From assembly GCA_958295815.1 (NCBI GenBank), contig OY282374.1, positions 2,882,856-2,946,855 of the forward strand: DNA of 64,000 nucleotides, written 5' to 3'. This stretch comes from Candidatus Poribacteria bacterium (GTDB taxonomy: Bacteria > Poribacteria > WGA-4E > WGA-3G). Every line of letters begins with the position of its first letter. Within the stretch, counting starts at the first letter, position 1. The notes under the pieces are model-generated. The model did no database searches. It was not told where the DNA came from and worked only from the letters and a program-made list of their open reading frames with translations. Positions 1 through 8,582 of the stretch are shown here, one piece after another. A program made the translations under genes and the position numbers.

Positions 1-13
1 ACGAACGACCATT

Positions 14-1249
14 TCAGTTTCCAAGTTCTGCTGCGATAACCACAAGGTCGATTATGTTGACAATCCCATCACCATTGATGTCGGGTTCGGTTTTGCCGAA
101 TCCATTGGCAACGGCGACTAAATCCAGAATATTAATGACACCATCACCATTGACATCATTTACGTCCGCAGGTTCAAGTGCTGGCATCAACCCGGAATCA
201 CTTTCCCCTTCAGTGCTCCCATCATCGTCAATCTCTATGTTAAACACAGCCCAGACGGGACGGTGATCGCTCACAGCAAGGCTCGCGGCTTTATCGTCAT
301 TTCCAAAATCCGTTTCATCGAACCTGTCAATTCCTGATCTATTGAGGTATTCTTTGACATGATCCTTCTGGAAAAAGATGTTGTCGTAAAGACTGGAGTC
401 CCGAATATGTGATTTCTGTGGGAGGTCAAACAGGCGAACCATCGATGGAATTGCCATGATTTGACCATAGGATTCGGCGTCACCCGGGTTACGGTTGAAG
501 TCACCCACGAGAAGAACATCTTCCTCGACTCCGTTCACTTCCTGGACATACCTATAAACATCTGCCAACGCGCTCACTTCAGCTTTCCTTGGTTCAACCG
601 TATCACCCCAAATGACATGTACAGCAATCACCGAAAAATCAAACGCACCCGCACGAAAGGTCGCCCAGTACGGATCACGAATGAAGTCGTCTTTGCCGTC
701 CGCTGCGTCTGGATACAATTCACCTCGACTGACAACACTCACAAGGTCTTTCTTGTAGAGGAAAGCATACCGCTCTTTGACACCTCGTCCGACCGCGGGG
801 CTGAACTGGTAATCATACTGCCACCCCATCTGCGAAAGGATTTTCTGGGTACGCTTTAAAACCATTTCATCGCGTAACTCCACAATCGCTATGAAATCGT
901 AGTCCACAAGGATACGTGCGATCGCTTGCAATTCGGCGTCCGTTCGGCTATTGTTGCTCATAATGCGGATGTTCCATGCCGCTAACTTCAACTCAGATCC
1001 TTCGGTATCGCTTTCAATGGCATCCTGACTGACGACCAGATCCGTATCAGTTTCATCTACTTGCGAGTCTTCTTTATCATGCTTGTGATATTCACCTGTC
1101 TGGCGATTGTAATGCCCACCATTTGCGTCTGTTCTGCCAGGGTGTGCGTACCCAAGATTATGGACGAAAACGGAAAAAATCAACAGGAATAGTGCGAATT
1201 TTGAAACATTCCATTGCGCATAGATCGGCTTGATGAGTCTTCTGCCCAT
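14..1249 (-). CDS. Secreted DNase I-like (EEP family) nuclease with N-terminal YHYH-type domain and C-terminal dockerin-like EF-hand repeat
   Basis: Signal peptide; HPGRTDANGGHYNRQTGEYHKH; EEP motifs AWNIR, ERYAFLY, GDFN, YDNI, SDHRPV; twin DVNGDGVINILDLV / DINGDGIVNIIDLV tail. Confidence 0.85.
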   Translation of the reverse strand: MGRRLIKPIYAQWNVSKFALFLLIFSVFVHNLGYAHPGRTDANGGHYNRQTGEYHKHDKEDSQVDETDTDLVVSQDAIESDTEGSELKLAAWNIRIMSNNSRTDAELQAIARILVDYDFIAIVELRDEMVLKRTQKILSQMGWQYDYQFSPAVGRGVKERYAFLYKKDLVSVVSRGELYPDAADGKDDFIRDPYWATFRAGAFDFSVIAVHVIWGDTVEPRKAEVSALADVYRYVQEVNGVEEDVLLVGDFNRNPGDAESYGQIMAIPSMVRLFDLPQKSHIRDSSLYDNIFFQKDHVKEYLNRSGIDRFDETDFGNDDKAASLAVSDHRPVWAVFNIEIDDDGSTEGESDSGLMPALEPADVNDVNGDGVINILDLVAVANGFGKTEPDINGDGIVNIIDLVVIAAELGN

Positions 1250-1259
1250 GATGTTTGTT

Positions 1260-1351
1260 ACGGCACACGGAGTGTGCCTACTACCTTTAATCGAAAAATT
1301 TATTGATTATGTAAACAACACGGCACACGGAGTGTGCCTACTACCTTTAAT
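1260..1351. repeat. Two identical 32-nt REP-like hairpin repeats (ACGGCACACGGAGTGTGCCTACTACCTTTAAT) at 60-nt period
   Basis: Copies at 1260-1291 and 1320-1351; stem GGCACAC/GTGTGCC; same family as the 42011-42291 cluster. Confidence 0.9.
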
Positions 1352-1365
1352 AGAACTCATGTTAA

Positions 1366-1839
1366 CTAAGGTTTCAGGACACGCACTTCATCAAATTTAT
1401 TGATTATGTAAGCAATACCGTCCCCTTCAGATATACCTAAGAGTATCTTAGCATCTCCATCAGGCGCGAATAGTGATAGGACCCCGCCTCCCTCATTCAC
1501 CATGAGAGAGCCTCCGGTTTTCTCCTTTGATCCCTGAGCAGTCACAACTCCATTGCCCTCCGCAACCAAAAGAGAAGCGGCACCCATTCCCTTTGGACCG
1601 TAAGTTATCACGCGTCCACCACCTCTGTCCCAAGAGATGTGAACTCGAGGATCCATATCATCACTCATCACCGTTATATCCTTACGCACGATTAACTCTC
1701 CGACGGTCAGTTTATCAATGGTTTCATATCCAAATTGTGCTGTAGTTTCACTGTTCATGCTACCAAACATAAAACCAGCAAGGGTCAGCAATCCACCGAA
1801 AAACATATATTTCAATTTTTCACGCAATCTAAATTTCAT
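1366..1839 (-). CDS. Hypothetical exported protein, Gly-rich beta-strand repeats
   Basis: 157-aa ORF with AAGGAG RBS and N-terminal hydrophobic segment. Confidence 0.7.
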   Translation of the reverse strand: MKFRLREKLKYMFFGGLLTLAGFMFGSMNSETTAQFGYETIDKLTVGELIVRKDITVMSDDMDPRVHISWDRGGGRVITYGPKGMGAASLLVAEGNGVVTAQGSKEKTGGSLMVNEGGGVLSLFAPDGDAKILLGISEGDGIAYIINKFDEVRVLKP

Positions 1840-1892
1840 TGAACGCTCCTTCTGAAAAGATCCTTGCGAGAATGTCGGGATTCAGGTAGAAA

Positions 1893-1920
1893 ATAGGCGA
1901 GGTTGAGGAACCTCGCCTAT
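1893..1920. repeat. Palindromic REP/terminator-like hairpin ATAGGCGAGGTT-GAGG-AACCTCGCCTAT
   Basis: Perfect 12-bp stem; related copies at about 13974-13994, 12164-12189 and 54449-54475. Confidence 0.7.
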
Positions 1921-1971
1921 CGCTTTCTGAAGTATCTGATCCTAAAAGAGAAATGCTCCTGCTTTTGAAGA

Positions 1972-2754
1972 CTAACCCGGTTTTTCTTCTTCCTTTAGAT
2001 CGAGTTTATCAAGGAACGGGCTGAGTAGGTCTATCGGGATTGGAAAGACGACGGTTGAATTCTTCTCCGCGCTGACTTCCACTAACGCTTGTAAGAATCG
2101 GAGTTGCACGGCGGTCGGAGTCCTGCTGAGGATTTCCGCGGCATCTGTTAAGACTGCGGCAGACTCGAATTCACCGGTGGCGTGTGTGACTTTGGCGCGA
2201 CGTTCTCTCTCGGCTTCCGCCTGTTTTGCCATTGCGCGTTGCATTTCAACTGGGAGGTCAACGTGCTTGATTTCCATCGCCAGCACTTCAACGCCCCACG
2301 GTTCACAATGTTTTTTGATGATATCCTCAAGGTCTTGATTTAGCTTCTCGCGTTCGGAGAGTAGATCGTCAAGCTCTGCACGTCCCAGCACACTGCGGAG
2401 CGTCGTTTGCGCTATTTGAGCGATGGCGAAACCGAAGTCTTCAACCTCAATCACTGCTCTATCAGGTTCAGTTACCTTGAAGGTGAGTACGGCGTTGACA
2501 CTCACGGAGACGTTGTCCTTTGTGATAACATCTTGTGGGGTGACATCGTTGACGATAACCCGTAGACTGATGCGTTGCATCCGTTCAATCCAGAAGGGTA
2601 TCATAAATACAAGACCTGGACCGCGGGTAGACGTTAAACGTCCGAGACGGAAGATAACGGCGCGCTCATATTCTTTGAGGATCCGGACGCTCGTCGCAAG
2701 CATAATGACGACAGCAACGACGATGGCAAAATAAAGTGGATCGATTTGTGGCAT
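1972..2754 (-). CDS. SPFH/stomatin-like (slipin) membrane protein
   Basis: N-terminal [54 protein letters not shown] motifs. Confidence 0.95.
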   Translation of the reverse strand: MPQIDPLYFAIVVAVVIMLATSVRILKEYERAVIFRLGRLTSTRGPGLVFMIPFWIERMQRISLRVIVNDVTPQDVITKDNVSVSVNAVLTFKVTEPDRAVIEVEDFGFAIAQIAQTTLRSVLGRAELDDLLSEREKLNQDLEDIIKKHCEPWGVEVLAMEIKHVDLPVEMQRAMAKQAEAERERRAKVTHATGEFESAAVLTDAAEILSRTPTAVQLRFLQALVEVSAEKNSTVVFPIPIDLLSPFLDKLDLKEEEKPG

Positions 2755-2795
2755 TTTTTTCTATTCCTTCCTCCTATGTGTACATGCAAACGGAT

Positions 2796-4001
2796 CTAAC
2801 CCTCAAATCCGGTGATGTCCCGCGCCTTCTGAAAAAAGGCAAGTTTGCGGGGTGTGTTGAGTTGCCATTGTACTGGCACGGACTGGTAACCGTTGCAATA
2901 GTCATTTTCACCGGGATCAAAGTAGCCCCATGAGGCGTATTGGCTCACAGCAGCGACGAAGTTGTTTAGGGGTTTATCGAAATTAAAATGGTCGTCCTCG
3001 TTAAAGAGAATCGGCATCGGACGGTAACCCGGCACCTGGCGTGTCTGCTGCACCATTTCAATAATTCGGTTTGGATCGCTCACGCCATTTCCGTGGACAA
3101 GTAGGAAATCGGAGGAACGGACGACATTCTCAAGTGGGACTCTGCCGCCGCCGTAACTCGTCCCAACGAGGAATCTACTGCCATTGCGGGTTGTCGCTTT
3201 CACCCGTTCGATTAATTCATGCACCCGCTGAGGCTGAAGAATTTCATGTGAATATCTGACGTTACATTCGTTGTTCACCTCAACGATAACATTGGTGTAT
3301 CCCTTGTCAAAGAGCCATCCGGTTGCGTTGTCCACAGCCCGTTTAACAGCGTCTTCGTCAGCCAGTCGATCGTCTTGACCAAAATAAAAATAACCGAGGA
3401 TGACCACCATACCGAGTGCATCGGCAAAGTCGATGATACGTTCGAGTCGTGACAGATAATCTGGGTTGAGGGTTCCATCTGATTCGATACCGGAGTTATG
3501 CCAAGGTTGCGCTTTAGAGTAGCCTTCAGGACTACCGCCCTGGAGGTTAATAGTAAACGCTAACACGCCGTGAGCACGCCATACCGGCATCGCGGCTAAA
3601 AATTCACGCGTATTCCGCTCGGCGTCCCATTCGCCTGTATCTGGATATTCCCAAAGGTGGACAGTTTCTGGGTTTCGATCATCAAAGATGCCTTGGACCA
3701 TGCGGGTGTTGATAAGCAATCCTTCGATTTTATGGTCTTGGTAGAAACGTCCGGGATAAGTAATTTCATCATTAATATAAAACGCATCTTCAACAATGCT
3801 GACTGCTGTTTTCATATTTTTCTCCTTCTTGGTATTGAATTGAACACTGGTGCGCGTGCTGCCTGTTTGGGCTCCGAAGGCATTCTTGGTACCGATTAAG
3901 ACATTAGGTACAACGGCGGTGGCAAAAGTACTCGTGGTTACGCCTTTTAAGAAACTCCGTCGCGAGATGCTTATTCCAGGCTTTTCGGCTTTATCAGGCA
4001 T
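2796..4001 (-). CDS. Glycoside hydrolase-like TIM-barrel protein with Tat signal; alternative internal start at 3815
   Basis: SRRSFLK twin-arginine motif; NNEC and NED motifs resembling clan-A acid/base and nucleophile positions; two RBS-ATG pairs. Confidence 0.65.
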   Translation of the reverse strand: MPDKAEKPGISISRRSFLKGVTTSTFATAVVPNVLIGTKNAFGAQTGSTRTSVQFNTKKEKNMKTAVSIVEDAFYINDEITYPGRFYQDHKIEGLLINTRMVQGIFDDRNPETVHLWEYPDTGEWDAERNTREFLAAMPVWRAHGVLAFTINLQGGSPEGYSKAQPWHNSGIESDGTLNPDYLSRLERIIDFADALGMVVILGYFYFGQDDRLADEDAVKRAVDNATGWLFDKGYTNVIVEVNNECNVRYSHEILQPQRVHELIERVKATTRNGSRFLVGTSYGGGRVPLENVVRSSDFLLVHGNGVSDPNRIIEMVQQTRQVPGYRPMPILFNEDDHFNFDKPLNNFVAAVSQYASWGYFDPGENDYCNGYQSVPVQWQLNTPRKLAFFQKARDITGFEG

Positions 4002-4040
4002 GCGCCGCCTCCTTACAATTAAGAACTGGGATCGGGAGAT

Positions 4041-4134
4041 TCGGTGTTACAAACCCCTCCCACAATCTGACAATCACTTCTGGGGTTACAAACCCTTCCC
4101 ACAATGTTCCCACAATCTGAAATCACTTCAAACG
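4041..4134. repeat. Two degenerate copies of the GGGGTTACAAACCCCTCC(C/T)ACAA REP element
   Basis: Copies at 4041 and 4081, followed by AATCACTTCAAACG as in the copies at 45250, 55799 and 62698. Confidence 0.8.
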
Positions 4135-4137
4135 TGG

Positions 4138-7100
4138 CTACTGTCTCTTTTGTGAGAGTGCCTTAAAGTATCGCCTTAATTGTTCCCGATACTGAAATGG
4201 AATGTCCTCAAATTCCTTGGCATTAGGTGCTGCTTCTAACTTCCGAACGATTTCGAGTAATTCGGGATGCAAGGGAGGTATTTCCTGGGCAGGGACTGAA
4301 GGGTTCTGCGCGACCTCCGCCTTGCGCTGCTTACCGACATCACGTTTTTGGAGTGACTTTAAGCTATCAAGCATCCTCGTCAAAATTTGTGCTTGTCTAT
4401 CAAGCACTTCCTGATCAAGCCTGCCCTGTTGAAGTGCCTTCTCCACCTCGGTCATATCTTGGGAGACGCCATCAAGACTGCCAAGCATTTGCGCCATCTC
4501 CTCTGCGCGTTCTGCGAGTCGTTCGGTTGCCTCTCTGATCAGCTGCTGTTGGGCTGCGAACTGTTGCATCATTTGTTGAAGTCCTGGCGTTTGACCTTGC
4601 TCTCGCATCTGTTGGCTGAGCTGTTGCGCCATCTGGTTCAATTGGTCCTGACTCTCGGCGAGTTGCTGTAGCTGCTGCATCATGTTTTCAAATCCGCCTG
4701 CCCCCATCTGCTGGTTCATCTGTCCCATCGCCTCAAGCAATTCAAAGATTGCCTGATTGAGATCGGCGAGCGCTGCTTTTTGGATCGGAAGGGCAAGACT
4801 CGGTTGTCTATCTTCCAAAGCACGCGCAGCACGAGAGAGTGCGTCGTTAGAGGCGTTAAGATGCCAAACGACTTCAGGTGGCACCTCTATCTGCCGATTC
4901 CCTAACTCCCAAAGTTTGGTTGAAAGGTGCGTAATTCCGTCAGCTGTGGTAAGCTCATCCGCTGCGAGTTTTTGTAACCTCAGGATCTCATTCTGGATAT
5001 AAGCATTCGTCTGCCCGGAGGTGAGGATGTCGTTCGTTTGGGCGATGACACCCTCGTGGAGATGAGAGAGGTGAAGCCCACTTTCAACGGCTTCGCGCAT
5101 CACGGTTAGGGTTTCGTTTGCGTTTGCACCTTCCATGAATGCCAATGCGTTATCTAAACCTTGCGCAAGCTCTGTCAGGGTCTGTTCTGCGCCTCGTCCT
5201 GATTCGAGTGCCTCGCTATTCTGTCCACTTCGTAGGTTCTCGCTGGTAGCCTCAAGCATCTCAGGCAGTTTGTATTCTTGTGTAAACTGGTTGAGACGTA
5301 GGATTTCATCTGCGATTCGTTCTATTTGCGGTGGAGGGTTCTCACTATTTTTTGCGAGTTCGCCCATCTTGGTGCCGAGTTCCTCTAATTTTTCGCTGAG
5401 CTGCCCGAACTCTTCACCGACCCTATCCTCTTTCTGCGCGAGGTCGTTTAAAGGTGCAGATTCAGTGGACGCTTCCAATGTATCCATGAGTTGCTTCTGC
5501 TGTTCGGCGAGTGCAGCTGCCTGTTTCGCAGCGGCTTCCAATTCTTGCTGAAGAAGGATTTGCTCGTAGAGAGCTTTGGCGCGCTCTAATTGCTGTAAAA
5601 ACTGCTCTTGGCTGAGATTCGCTTCTGTCATTGCGGATTCTTGCTCATCCATTCGCTGTTCCGCGAGTGCCTCGGACAACTTCCTCAAAATTTCCTTATG
5701 CTCCTCAGAGAGTGCTTTTTCCATCAGATTTTGCAGTTCTTGATATTTTTCGATGGTCTCAGTGTCGAAGAGTTGGTTCTGCTCCATCTCTTCCATAGTC
5801 TCTTTCATGTCATCGACCAACTGTTTCGCTGTCTGCTCAATCTGTTTCTGGTTTTCGAGCACCTGTTGCATGAGATTTTCATCGGTGCGCGTGAGTTCTT
5901 GGTTTTTCCTGCTCATTCGCTTCATAGTATCAAGGAGGTCATCTACCAATCCGGTGGCATCTGCTTGCTCGTCTAAAAGTTCGTCAAGTCCACGCTGTTC
6001 AGCCTCCTGCTCGGTAGCAACTGCGTCATACATTTCGGAGAGCGACGGGAAGCGAAGCGTATAGGTTTGCGATTTACCGATATTCGGTCCTGAGATATTA
6101 TCGTTGTCCAATGCTTGAACGTAATAAGCGAGTGTTTCACCCGGAAAAATACCGATCCGATCCACGTCCCACGTATAGGTCAGAAAGACAGATCTGCGGA
6201 CATCGGCACTTTCGACACTCCAGCGTTTTAACGGAACATTTACCTCTTCAGCACCCTCAACTTCAACGCGATATACGAGTTGGAGTTCCTGAACACCGTA
6301 GTCATCTGTAGCCTCCACCTTTAGTTCCACGAGCATTGAATTGTCCAAAATGGTATCCCGTGCAGGCGTGATAATAGATACATCAGGAACAGCATCTTCA
6401 AAAACGGTGAGCGTCCAGTTGACGGGATCACGATTCGAGAAGCCTTCAACGTCGGCAATGTGGATATGGTAATTTCCGCTTTGCTGTGCGATAAAAGCCC
6501 CGTGCATCATACGAGGTATAGAAACTGTTTCTTGTTTCTGCCCTTCTCCGGTAGGTTGCGTAGCGGATTGCTGTCCAAGCGGCTCCTTAATTTCTAATAA
6601 CACATCACCGGATTCCTCAAACGCAAGGGATGCCTTCTTAAGCGGTCTGTTGCTTTCCCCAGTAAACACAACCTCTGTCCCAAAGAGCGTCTGAATATCA
6701 CCGGTGTTTGCTGTAAGCGTTTGGGGTTGCAGTTGCGTGTAGGCGGGATAGTTGAGGCGATACTGAAACCGTGTAACAACTGGCTCATTGCTGATTGTCA
6801 GTTGGTATTGCGTAGATGCTACCTCTTTGACAGAGACATAATATTGGAGTGGACGGCTCACTTTCTCAAGTGTCGCGCGGTATGGCGAGGCAGCGTAGGA
6901 AACTTGTCCGTTTTGTTCTGTATTGGTAGACGTGTGCTGCATAGGTAGGGATTGCCATTTTGTCGTTGACATAGGCGCATCCACTTCTCCGACGCGGTAA
7001 TAGAGCTTAACAGGCGCGCCAAAGTGCCCGTTTACTTGCGCTGTAATGTTAACATCCGTTCCGCGTTCAAGCCGGATATTGCCGGGTTGGATTTCTGTAA

Positions 7101-7755
7101 TCTGAATGGATTTCTCCAGATTTCCGGGGTCTATTTGCAGGGTTGTGGGTAGCGTTTGAAAAGCCTGCGCGAAGTCTATGAAAGCAGAAGGCAAAAAGAG
7201 ATACGTGAGGAAGAGAAGCCCAATACCCGCAACAGCGATCCCTGCGTTTCGTCTGATTTTCTGAAACTCAGCCTGAAACACCTGTTTGAACTGTACCTTT
7301 TCCACATCTCTACCGGCATGGACAATCAGGTATTCAATAAATTCTGGTGCATATCCGAGTCGGTTGTCCACCAAGGTTTTCTGGAGTTGTACAGCACTCA
7401 GGATTCGATTTTCGGATGTGTGTTCGCTTTCTGTCTGTGTCAATTCAAGGCGTGCTGCGACCGCTGCATCGGTCAATTTGCGACGGAATGGCAGCACAAG
7501 CGTTCGGATAACTGTGAAGATGGCAACACCTATTGCTAACAGCAGAATACCGATGCGTATCCAGTGTGCAAACGGGAACTGCCATGCACGCAAACTCAAC
7601 GCCAAAATTATGAGGACCGCTGTCATCACAAGCGCAAGAACACCAACAGACTTCAGGAATCCTTCTGAGAAGATGAGCCATCGCCATTGCCGTCGAATGG
7701 CACGGAGCCGCGCAATCAGATTTTCGTAAGCGTGGTGGACATTTTGTGTATTCAT
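4138..7755 (-). CDS. DUF4175-like large membrane protein with Ig-like domains and Gln/Glu-rich coiled coils
   Basis: N-terminal TMs, YPAYTQL, ATDDYGV, YYVQALDNDNISGPNIGKS, C-terminal IPFQYREQLRRYFKAL; start may be 7809. Confidence 0.8.
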   Translation of the reverse strand: MNTQNVHHAYENLIARLRAIRRQWRWLIFSEGFLKSVGVLALVMTAVLIILALSLRAWQFPFAHWIRIGILLLAIGVAIFTVIRTLVLPFRRKLTDAAVAARLELTQTESEHTSENRILSAVQLQKTLVDNRLGYAPEFIEYLIVHAGRDVEKVQFKQVFQAEFQKIRRNAGIAVAGIGLLFLTYLFLPSAFIDFAQAFQTLPTTLQIDPGNLEKSIQITEIQPGNIRLERGTDVNITAQVNGHFGAPVKLYYRVGEVDAPMSTTKWQSLPMQHTSTNTEQNGQVSYAASPYRATLEKVSRPLQYYVSVKEVASTQYQLTISNEPVVTRFQYRLNYPAYTQLQPQTLTANTGDIQTLFGTEVVFTGESNRPLKKASLAFEESGDVLLEIKEPLGQQSATQPTGEGQKQETVSIPRMMHGAFIAQQSGNYHIHIADVEGFSNRDPVNWTLTVFEDAVPDVSIITPARDTILDNSMLVELKVEATDDYGVQELQLVYRVEVEGAEEVNVPLKRWSVESADVRRSVFLTYTWDVDRIGIFPGETLAYYVQALDNDNISGPNIGKSQTYTLRFPSLSEMYDAVATEQEAEQRGLDELLDEQADATGLVDDLLDTMKRMSRKNQELTRTDENLMQQVLENQKQIEQTAKQLVDDMKETMEEMEQNQLFDTETIEKYQELQNLMEKALSEEHKEILRKLSEALAEQRMDEQESAMTEANLSQEQFLQQLERAKALYEQILLQQELEAAAKQAAALAEQQKQLMDTLEASTESAPLNDLAQKEDRVGEEFGQLSEKLEELGTKMGELAKNSENPPPQIERIADEILRLNQFTQEYKLPEMLEATSENLRSGQNSEALESGRGAEQTLTELAQGLDNALAFMEGANANETLTVMREAVESGLHLSHLHEGVIAQTNDILTSGQTNAYIQNEILRLQKLAADELTTADGITHLSTKLWELGNRQIEVPPEVVWHLNASNDALSRAARALEDRQPSLALPIQKAALADLNQAIFELLEAMGQMNQQMGAGGFENMMQQLQQLAESQDQLNQMAQQLSQQMREQGQTPGLQQMMQQFAAQQQLIREATERLAERAEEMAQMLGSLDGVSQDMTEVEKALQQGRLDQEVLDRQAQILTRMLDSLKSLQKRDVGKQRKAEVAQNPSVPAQEIPPLHPELLEIVRKLEAAPNAKEFEDIPFQYREQLRRYFKALSQKRQ

Positions 7756-7870
7756 AGCGTAATAGTTGTCAGTACGGGTTGCTACGCAACCCTTTCGACT
7801 GTCGGTCATCAGTTAAAGAGGTATTTGACGTAAATAAGCCATCTCTTAACGGACAACTAACAACTCTCCA

Positions 7871-8548
7871 TTAATGAATTAGGGCATAGACAGCGATATT
7901 CACCGCCATTTTTGCTGCGAATTCGCGGACTTCAGGGGTATCCTCTGGATGGACCTTGGCATCCTCAAGACCGTCGCCAATGTCAGCACTGTAAGCGTAG
8001 TAAGCAACCATTCTTCCATCGTGAAAGAGACCAAATCCTTGTGCGGGTTCGGCATCGTGTTCATGAATCTTAGGCAGCCCCTTGAGTTCGTAGAAACATC
8101 GATAAATTAGGTGTGTGTTGGGTATAGGTTGTAATTCCTGATCGGGGAATACCCTTCGCATTTCACGACGGAAACTCTTGTCAAGTCCGTAATCATCGTT
8201 GGCAAACAAAAAACCGCCACTCATGAGATAGTCCCTCAAAATCTCCACTTCGCTTTCAGTCAATCGGATATTTCCGTGTCCTACAAGGTAAAGCATGGGA
8301 TACTGGTAAAGCGTGTGATCTGTCAACTTAAGGATCACTCTATCTTCGGCTGTTTCAATGTCTGTGCGCGTGCGGAGGAGATGGAGCCAATTTTTGATTG
8401 CTGTTGGGTCGCCATACCAATCCCCGCCGCCGCTATAGTGGATCTGCGCGATAGTGAATTTCTCACCGGCTTTCGGGGTGGCAATTGTGGTGTAACACAG
8501 GAGACAACACACAATAACGGGTAGTCGCCGTTTTATTAATTGTAGCAT
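7871..8548 (-). CDS. DUF4159 domain protein
   Basis: YSGGGDWY, YPMLYLVGHG, GGFLFANDDYG, LPKIHEHD, DIGDGLED motifs; start may be 8578. Confidence 0.9.
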   Translation of the reverse strand: MLQLIKRRLPVIVCCLLCYTTIATPKAGEKFTIAQIHYSGGGDWYGDPTAIKNWLHLLRTRTDIETAEDRVILKLTDHTLYQYPMLYLVGHGNIRLTESEVEILRDYLMSGGFLFANDDYGLDKSFRREMRRVFPDQELQPIPNTHLIYRCFYELKGLPKIHEHDAEPAQGFGLFHDGRMVAYYAYSADIGDGLEDAKVHPEDTPEVREFAAKMAVNIAVYALIH

Positions 8549-8582
8549 AAAACATCTCACGTTTTCTATCCAACCCACATCT

